NCBI RefSeq assembly: GCF_009914755.1
Contig: NC_060930.1
Source: the human T2T-CHM13v2.0 reference genome, Homo sapiens
Length of the DNA stretch: 64,000 nt
Direction: 5' to 3' (one strand)
The notes under the pieces were generated by a model. The model saw nothing but the letters and a program-made list of their open reading frames with translations. It was not told where the DNA came from and searched no databases. A program made the translations under genes and the position numbers. Below are positions 55,011 through 64,000 of the stretch, piece by piece (the first letter of the stretch is position 1; each line of letters opens with the position of its first letter).

Positions 55011-56973
55011 TTAACTATACTTTATTTATATCTATGTTTGCATTTATAGCTTAATTTTGTCCATATTGAGGGACTAAGTGGCTAAGTGGGCTGGACTCCC
55101 TGGGTCAATACGGACTTCCCTAAGGCGATTTTCCCCTAAGCCAAAATGAGTCATAGCTGCAAGCTAAGGGATTGAAACTTCAACCAATCAATGGGGACTT
55201 TCCCCTAAGCCAAAATGAGTCACAGCTATAAACTAAGGGATTGAAACTTCAACCAATCGTATAGGGGGTTTAAGCTCTAGCTGCAGCCTGATGTTTTTAA
55301 CCAATCAGGCCCGCCAACCTGCAAGCAGATAGAAAATAAGCTAATCCTATAGGACAGAAAAAGGAAAAGGGGAGGAGTCATAAGTGGATATAAGCATAAG
55401 ACACCTAAGCCAGAAATGGCAACCCTTCCAGTTCCCCTTCCACTGTGTGGAAGCTTTACTTTCACTTTTGCTTTACTTTGGCTTTAATAAATCTTGACCC
55501 AGCACTCTCTTTAGGTCTGCATGCTTCTCAAATTGAGCTGTAACACTCACTGCTGCGGTCCAAGCCTTCATTCTTTGAAGCCCGTGGAACCACAAACTCT
55601 TCAATTGATAAAAACCTTCGATCGGAAGAGACTTCTCATCTCATTTCTGGGGGCCTGTCCGGGATTTCTCTGAAGTGGTGAGTAACATCGGACCCCTTTT
55701 GCTTGCTATTCTGTTCTACCTTCTCACTAGAAATTGAAGGAAAACACCAAGCACCTGTCGGCCATTTAAAAGTGACAAGCCTGGCCACCAGACTTAAGAC
55801 ATGGGTGTGAGGCTTTCTGGGAAACGGCTCTTTTACAACCCCCGGCCCTCCAGGCTGGGTGCGTTGGTTTGCCTGAAACCAGTTCCACCTTTCTCTACCT
55901 TTACCCAGGAAAAGCCAACGGCTGGCTAAAGGTGGAAAACTGTTGTCCCGGACTCCCAGCACTGATCAGTCCAGATCATGGCACAGTGAGAAGCCGCTAT
56001 GCTGCAGCCGCCCATGTGTGCATTCCCTGCCTTTTCTGACCCATGCCTCCTGGGTCCTAATGTCCTCAGAGAAAAATTTCTTGGGTCCCTGTTCTCTAGG
56101 ATCTTTCCTACCCCTGAGTCTAAGAATCTTTTAGCTAGGAGTCTAAGTTGACAGGGGTGGCAATCCCAAGACCCTTGCCTATGGTGCCCCCAGGCTTATT
56201 CTTATGCAAATGGGTATCAATATACTTATAGGGGACCTGTCCCTCATAACCTACACCCTAGGCACTATCCGGGACATCAAAAGGCATTCCAGTGGCTGAT
56301 AGAAGGCCTAGGACATTTTTCCTTTTGTTGCCCAAAACTTACTCCAGATTGTAGAGGCTACTTTAATTACCACCTTTCCTGCCTGGGATCAGTGATTAGA
56401 ACTGTGGAACTTGTCCACTAGAAGCAGTCAGAGGTATAGGGTGAAAACAATGTAACAGACAATAGGTCCCCCGATTCAAGTCCAAAGGTCAATAAATATT
56501 CTTATTTATTGACAGAAAATTTGGGTACAAAAAGCACTGCTCCAACCTTGGTCCTCCAATTTGCCGCTGCCTACCCTAAAACTGTTGTGCTTCAGTGCCA
56601 CTTTCAAGGAATTTATCTTGCTGGGAAAGCTCCAGGCCCAGAAATATGCTAATTGGTGCCTGGTCTCTGAACTCAAAATATACCCCAAACCTAAGACCTA
56701 CTCGCAGATGCAAAGGCAATTGTGGGCATGCTGGTAAGGAGCCACTAAAATCCAGTAGCCCCGGCCCCCTTTTTTGTGGCTAAAAAAGGGTGGGAAACAA
56801 GTGCGGGCAAAACTGCTATGTCAGTTAAGTGCAATTAAATCTGATAAGCAGTGTTCCATGAGTGATAGTGCACCCTGGAAAGAAAAGGACACTAGAACCA
56901 TAGGGGACACCCTAGGGCTAGTGCTTACTAGGGGATGACTAGGGGTGTGGGCACTCCTGTGTTCTCCTTTCAG

Positions 56974-58421
56974 ATGGGAGGCGCTCCCTCAAAAGTGAAG
57001 CCACCCTTGAGGTATATTCTGGATAATTGGGACCAATTCGACCCTCAAACACTGAAGAAGAAGTAACATATTTTTCTGCAGCACTGCCTAGCCATAATAT
57101 CCTCTTCCCGGAGGAGATCCATGGCCACCTGAGGGAAGTATAAACTATAATACCATCCTACAGCTAGATCTCTTTAGTAAACGAGAGGGCAAATGGAGTG
57201 AAGTGCCATATGTACAGGTTTTTTTCTCATTAAGAGATAACCCACAATTATGTAAAAAATGTAATTTACATCCTACCGGGAGTCCTTAAAGCTTACCCCC
57301 ATACCCAGGTCTCCCCACAGCTCCCCCTAGTAAGGACTCTCCTTTGGCCCTAATGGCCCAAAAGGAACCAGACAAAAAAATAGTCAAGGAACTGAAAGGT
57401 GCCAATGGTCTCAATTGTGCCCCCTCCAAGCCGTGGTAGGAGGAGGAGACTTTGGCCCAGCACGAGTACATGTCCCCTTTCCCCTCTCAGACTTAAAACA
57501 GATCAAACCGGGCCTAGGAAAATTCTCAGATAATCCTGATGGATACATAGATGTCTTACAGGGATTAGGACAATCTTTTGATTTAGCATGGAAAGATATT
57601 ACATTGTTGTTAGGTCAAACATTAACTCCCAATGAAAAAGAGGCCGTCTTAACTGCAGCCCGGAAGTTTGGGGATCTCTGGTACCTAAGCCAGGTAAATG
57701 ATAAAATAACATCAGAAGAAAGGGAACAATTCCCCACAGGCCAACAGGTGGTTCCCAGCGTGGATCCCCACTGGGACCTCGATTTGTAGCATGGAGCCTG
57801 GAGTCGCAGGCATTTACTGACTTGTATACTAAAGGGATTAAGAAAGACCAGAAAAAAATCCAATAAATTAGTCAATGATATAATGCAGGGAAAGGAAGAA
57901 AACCCCATGGCATTTTTAAAGAGGCTAAGGGAGGCATTAAGAAAGCATACCTCTTTGCATCTGACTCTATTAAAGGCCAACTAATTTTAAAGGATAAGTT
58001 TATCACCTAGTCAGCTGCAGACATTAGAAAAAAACTTCAAAAGTCTTTCCTGGGCCCTAAGCAAAATCTGGAAACTCTATTGAATTTGGCAACTTCAGTG
58101 TTTTATAATAGGGATCAGGAGAAGCAGGCTGAACGAGACAGATGAGACAAGAAAAAGGCTGCCTCCTTAGTCACAGCCCTCAGGCAATAGAACTTCGGTG
58201 GCTCTGAAAGAAAGAAAGGCTGGGCAGGCAACCCACCTAACAGGGCTTGTTATCAGTGCAACTTACAGGGGCACTTCAAAAAGGACTGCCCAAACAAACA
58301 TAAGCCGCCCCCTCATCCATGTCCCTTGTGCCAGGGGGATCAGTGGAAGGCACACTGCTCCCAAGGGCGAAGGTCCTCTGGGCCAGGGGCCACTAACCAG
58401 ATGGTCCAACAACAGGACTGA
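56974..58421 (+). pseudogene. Retroviral gag (MA/CA/NC), disrupted
   Basis: MGGAPSKVKPPLRYILDNWDQFDPQTL, VHVPFPLSDLKQIK, MHR-like QGKEENPMAFLKRLREAL, knuckle CYQCNLQGHFKKDC (58248-58289), QQQD*G readthrough-type stop. Confidence 0.92.
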
Positions 58422-58780
58422 GGGTGCCTGGGGCAGGCACCAGCCCATGCCATCACCCTCACAGAGCCCCAGGTAAGCTTAACCATTGAGGGACAGGAAA
58501 CTAACTTTCTCCTGGACACTGGTGCAGCCTTCTCAGTTTTACTCTTCTGTCCCAGACAACAATCCTCCAGGTCTGTCAAATCAAAAGGGTCCTAGGACAG
58601 CCAGTCACTAGGTATTTCTCCCACCCCCTAAGTTATGACTGGGGAAACTTATTTTTCTCATGTGCCTTTCTTATTATGCCAGAGAGCCCTACTCCTTTAC
58701 TAGGGAGGGACACATTAGCTAAAGCAGGGGCCATTATATACTTGAATATAGGAGAAGGAATACCGGTTTTCTGCCCTCTA
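58422..58780 (+). pseudogene. Retroviral aspartic protease, frameshifted
   Basis: FLLDTGAAFSVL (DTG at 58515) and PTPLLGRDTL. Confidence 0.9.
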
Positions 58781-58952
58781 CTATTGTGATGCTGCTTATC
58801 TTTGGACCCTGCATTTTTAACCTCCTTGTAAAATTTGTCTCTTCCAGAATAGAATCCATGAAACTGCAAGTGGTTCTACAAATGGAGCCCCAAATGACCA
58901 CCACTAGCACCTACTATCGAGGACCCCTAGACTGACCTACCAACCTGTTCTA
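58781..58952 (+). pseudogene. env C-terminal remnant (end of TM helix plus cytoplasmic tail)
   Basis: MLLIFGPCIFNLLVKFVSSRIESMKLQVVLQMEPQMTTTSTYYRGPLD, HERV-W/9-like. Confidence 0.88.
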
Positions 58953-60569
58953 ACACCACGACACTGAAGAAGACTCCCCTCCTGAGGAACCCTCAACTGC
59001 AGATCCCCTTCTGTGCCCCAGTTCAGCAGGAAGTAGCTAGAATGATCATTGCCCAACTTCTCAACAGCACTTGGGCTTTCCTGTTGAGAGGGGGTACTGA
59101 GGCACTAAGTGGCTAAGTTAGCTAGACTTCCTGGGTCAACAGGGACTTCCCTAAGGGGACATTCCTCTAAGCCAAAATGAGTCATAGCTGCAAGCTAAGG
59201 GATTGAAACTTCAACCAATCAAAGGGGACTTTCTCCTAAGCAAAAATGAGTCACTGCTGCAAACTAAGTGATTGAAACTTCACCCAATCATATAGGGAGT
59301 TTAAGCTTTAGCTGCAGCCTGATGTTTTTAACCAATCAGGCCTGCCAACCCACAAGCAGATAGAAAATAAGCTAATCCTATGGGACAGAAAAAGGAAAAG
59401 GGGAGGAGTCATAAGAGGATATAAGCATAAGACACCCAAGCCAGAAACGGAAACCCTTCCGGGTCTCCTTCCACCACGTGGAAGCTTTACTTTTGCTTTT
59501 ACTTTACTTTCACTTTAATAAACCTTGGCGCTGCACACTCTTTGGGTCTGTACGTTTCTCTAATTGAGCTGTAACACTCGCCGCTGTGGTCCACGGCTTC
59601 ATTCCTTGAAGCCTGTGAGACCACGAACCCTTCAATTGAGAAAAACCTTCAATCAGAAGAAGACTTCTTGTCTCAATATCACTTCCTTCGAAAACATAAT
59701 TCAAGAGTTATTCACATCATAGTTATTTTTCACTCCCCGCTAATAGGTAAAAAATACCAAGCCTTTAAGAATTTTTTTTTTATCCACACTAAGACTGTTT
59801 CATAAAAATAAATTCTAGTCTTTGTTCTTTACTGAATCTTTTAATTCTCAGATTCTAATTCCCATTTTCTTTCTAATGACAGCAGGAGTCACTTCCAATA
59901 TACTAGAATTTCAAAAAGGAACTGTAACTTATAGGTAAGATTTCTTATTTCTGAACAAGTGGAAGAATAACAAAAATGATTTAAAAAAAGATTTTAAGGA
60001 TACAGAGAATTTTGTGTTTTATGCTATTTCATCCAGTCTTGATTGCTATCTTTCCTTAAACTGTCTTAATAGTATAAATCTGCAATTTATGATGCAAGAA
60101 ACGTAATTATATAGAGCCATAATCATCTCAAAATCATTTTCACATTCACCTCAATAGAGGGTTGCAATTTCATACAGCCGTGGAAATTAGTGTTGGCTAT
60201 AGGACTAGGAGGAAGAAGAGTGACACAACTAGAAAAAGTTACACCGAACTATTAAATGTTCCCATAACATTCCATATCCAATCCCCTACAACCTATAATC
60301 TTTTCCTGGGCTTCTGGTACTTGCTTACTTGAATATGTACTAATAGGAGAATTCTGGAAAATTTATTCACTTATCTTTTTGAAAAAAAGGAAATAAAATG
60401 TATTTAGGGCCTACTATAATTCACACACATATTGTCACCTACTCTTTCTTAGAACTTCATCTATCAACACATAATGTTTAACTACATTCTCCCAGCACGC
60501 TCAGGGCAAAAAACATAGCCATCTGTACCTGTGAATGGACCATGATTGTATCCTCTTAATCTATTCTCT

Positions 60570-60860
60570 GCTTCTCCTCATCAGTTTACAGTCAGTGTTT
60601 GTTTGAAATGTAAAGCCTGACCATTCAACTGCCATGATTGAAGCACTCTGAAAGACTTCCATGGCCTTAGGATAAAGTTCATCCTCCTTTACAAGGAGCA
60701 CAAGACCCTTAGAATTCCAGACCCTGATTTAGTCTTCATCTTATACGAGTAAGTTCCTCATAATCTATTCTTCCCCCTTTCCAGACTTTTTGAGCTTGTT
60801 TCAGTACCTCAAGGGTGTCTCTTCTCTCCTCTCTTCTGGATTTTGCATCTAAATGAGGCC
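60570..60860 (+). mobile_element. L2 remnant
   Basis: 'aaatgtaaagcctgacca...ttccatggccttaggataaagttcatcctcc'. Confidence 0.6.
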
Positions 60861-60884
60861 AGTGCAGTGTGGACAATATCCATA

Positions 60885-61148
60885 AACGTAGTAGGTATGA
60901 TGGTTAAGAACACAGATGCAAGAGCTAAAATGTCAGGGTCTGAGTTCTAGCTCTGCCTTTAAACATTATATAAGCTAATTATTTTTCATCGTCAGTTATA
61001 CTTTCCTTATGTATAAAAATCAAAATCAAAATAATAATAATATTTTACCGCATAGGCAGCTGTCTGGTATGAGAAAGAGCATGTAAGCCACTGAGAACAA
61101 TGACTGGTGCATAGTAGGTATTTAATAAGTGCTGGCTATTATTATTAT
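60885..61148 (+). mobile_element. MIR SINE, near full length
   Basis: 'tggttaagaacacaga', 'ctagctctgcc', 'ctggtgcatagtaggtatttaataagtgctggctattattatt'. Confidence 0.85.
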
Positions 61149-63261
61149 AAACAAAATGCTTTGTATGAGGAAAGAAACTGGAAAGTTCTTGTTTTTCTTT
61201 AGATGAGGCAGGAAGGAGGGCTTGTTGCCTAATGTAGAATTGATGTGGAGAATCATGAATTTATACTATTAAGTGAAAAAGATCCTCTATCGGAAACAAA
61301 TGTTTTCCCTTGTAGCTAATTTACTCACAGAAACAAACTAAAGGGATTCTAATTCTCCTAGTCCCATCAACATGATCATCCGGAATAAATTGTAATATCA
61401 GTTCTAAAGTTGAAAGGAGAAGAACATTTTAAGATGAGCTTAGGGGTAATCAGATCCTTCTGAAATAGGGAAAATTAAAAGGTCAATTATACTTGGAATC
61501 TTCCCAGTGCTATTTTATGTCAAACATGCAAATGCATAGTGCTGCCTATGGAATAATCTTCACAAGTACCATCACTTTAATAAAATACCTACCTTTATCT
61601 TCCTTATACACACATTATTCCAAGCTCACATCTGAGTCATTCTTCATGGAAAGAGCTAATCTCATTTCCTCATACCTGTCACTGAATCATGTTAAATATC
61701 TGAATAAGAATAATTACCTCGCAGCTAAATTTCCCTGACCTTCCTAGTTACAAAAAATGATTTTTTTTTTGCCACTCAGTAACAGTATCTCCTAGGATAA
61801 CTAACTTATTCTGTAGAAAAGCATGCATGTTATTTTCATGTAACTAAACCATCAAATGGGTTCCAATATAACTTTTAAGATATTTAGGCTGTTATATCCA
61901 AGTTACCTTAATGAGGACTTTTGAAATATGATCTCATTTCAGTAACTTAACATTTTTTTTTTATTGTCTTGCCTCCTTATATAGAGAAATAATTGAAATA
62001 TTTTGGTTTTCTCTCTGTCTCTTCTGTCTGTCTGGCTGCCTGGCTCTTTCTCACTCTCTGTCTTTTTCTGTCTCTCTCTCTCTCTGTCTCTCTCAAAGAA
62101 AGACAACAGAAAAGCTAACTTTAATACCTTGAGTTTCAGTGAGCTGACTGATTAATACGCTTGTGAATTCTTAATAAGAGAAGTGTGCATATTCATAGTG
62201 ATGTTTATTAATTCATAAAGCAGCTGCTCAAAGGCAGCTAGTGGAGAACGACATCTCCTCCCACAGAATCCTCTTGGCAGTGATCAGGCCTTTTCCCTTC
62301 CTGATCGTTTTGAGTGCAGCCTTAACATTGAAAACTGATGGCCCTTTATCTGCCCTGGGAAGGGGAATCTCTCCTGCCAGCAGGAGGCCACAGGGATTGG
62401 AGTTTCAGATCTAAATCTCCCAATGTGTAGAGGCTGAAATAAAAAACTTAATGAGACTAGTAGAGTCCACAGCTCATTTCAATTATTTTTAATTGTTTTC
62501 AGATGCTGCCCGGCATGCTTCATTTAGTTCTGCAATAAACAGAGCATACAGCATGGTTGTGGATCTCACTAGAGACCCAAAGAAAACATCCCACAGGAAA
62601 TGATGAAAAATAATAAGAGCATTATATGTATTGGAGCGTGGACCAGGCAGTTGAAGTGGAAAACACAGGGGAGGGTAGGACCGGTTCTGGTGCATCCTCT
62701 ACTTGGAGATTCACAGGGAGCCTCACTTTTAATTCTTACCATCACTCCTGAAATTGAAATTCAGTGAATAAACAGTGAGGCCCACAGTGAAATCCACCCA
62801 AGCTGGCTGAAACTAGTCTTTACTAGGCTTCCTTCTCCTAAAGTAGTTCCTTCTTACCCTTGGGGAAAAGGATGACCACCTATTAGAGGTATTTGAGACC
62901 TCAACATACAGAAAGTTGCAGAATATTTGCTAATAATCTGAGAGGACTTGTTACACCAAAAGCACCTCCTAGCACCCTGATCTGAAATGTGAGTCAACAT
63001 TTATAAAGTTGCTCAAAGATTTAATTGAAAACTCCCAAAAGCCACTATTGGATGTTATTGAAGAGCATACCATTCAAAAAAATTAAAATATTTGCTTTTA
63101 ATGTCTTTAAAACGTTTCATCATTTTGTCCAGAAGACCAAGACATCATCATTGGGGCTTAATTGAATAGCATTGTAATACCTAAATGCACTATAGGAGTT
63201 ATTGAACATAGTATTGAAGTATTTGGCTGCAAGTGAAAATCCTTTTTTTTAATTCCGTGTG

Positions 63262-63434
63262 CAATGATTCTCGACTCTACACACAAGGAGCCGTAAAGAC
63301 TTAAAAATGATGTCCAGTTCCCACCTCCCAGACCTATTGAATGTGAATATCTGTGGATAAGGCTTGGGTATGTCATTTTTTACTTAAAGGTCTCCCAGGT
63401 AATTCTGACGTTTAGCCATGTTTGATGCCCTCTG
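63262..63434. mobile_element. MER5A/B (hAT-Charlie) MITE
   Basis: 'caatgattctc', 'cccagacctattgaatgtgaatatct', 'ctcccaggtaattctgacgt'. Confidence 0.72.
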
Positions 63435-64000
63435 ACTCATAAATTCAGTAGTTTATGTGTAGAATCCCTCCCTAACATATGTACTCACAAAAGAGAAATA
63501 TACATATATATAAAAAAAGAGAGAAATGTATACCTTTATGAATGTGTGTTATGTATATATGTACATATATACAAATATATTAAGTTACAAACAAATATAT
63601 TAAGGGTGGCAAATATGCTGACTATGAGCACTTGCCCCCACCTAGGCACTCTGGCTCTGATGTGAATGCAGTGATAGTGGCTGCAAGTGATAAGCTGTGT
63701 AGGTGCTCTGGAGGGCAGCCATGGGCCATCATGGTACCTGGCCTCTGAAGGCTATGTCTGCTCTCCAGCCCATATCACCTTTTTTCCTGATATTTGTATT
63801 TTATGCTACTTTTTCCTGATAACAAAAGTCATCGTCATTAGGAATAATTACTGAAGGCATAAAAATAAAAACACAAATTAGCAGTGTTTTAACATTTCAA
63901 AAGTAATGATCCATATATTGGCATATTTTCTTCCATTTTTCCCTCAAGATATATATATTTGTATCACTATTGCAGATGGTTATATATATTTTTTATTAAA

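Larger units (their letters stand above)
55067..59675 (+). mobile_element. Two-LTR ERV1 provirus of the HERV-W/HERV9/HERV30 clade: LTR-PBS(Pro)-leader-gag-pro-(deleted pol)-env tail-PPT-LTR
   Basis: LTRs 55067-55643 and 59098-59675; TSD atat/atat; PBS tgggggcctgtccgggat at 55648-55665; PPT gagagggg before the 3' LTR. Confidence 0.95.

Overview
AT-rich, repeat-dense primate (human/great-ape-like) genomic DNA. I can recognise no host protein-coding exon, and nothing prokaryotic or CRISPR-like. Recognisable ORFs come from transposable elements; the rest look like chance frames. Main contents: a complete THE1 MaLR provirus (1951-4262); an old L1MA/L1PB-type copy carrying a 5S rRNA 5'-fragment and an ERV1 solo LTR; a Ricksha-like Mutator (MULE) fossil inside an L2; a full-length but frameshifted L1PA2/L1PA3-type element (27626-33659, minus strand) with an open ORF0; a THE1 fragment with a nested MLT2A LTR; Tigger3b; and an ERV1 cluster (MER41B, MER67-like, MER4, and a two-LTR HERV-W/9-clade provirus lacking pol and most of env). 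Alus, MIRs, L2s and microsatellites fill the rest. The most unusual signal is a set of locally templated insertions. The largest is a ~323-bp multi-template insertion at 12955-13277 that copies ~245 bp from 1.86 kb downstream between 52-bp inverted repeats, and its pre-insertion site can be reconstructed. Subfamily names come from recalled consensus sequences and need Dfam/RepeatMasker confirmation. I do not see evidence of a new biological system.
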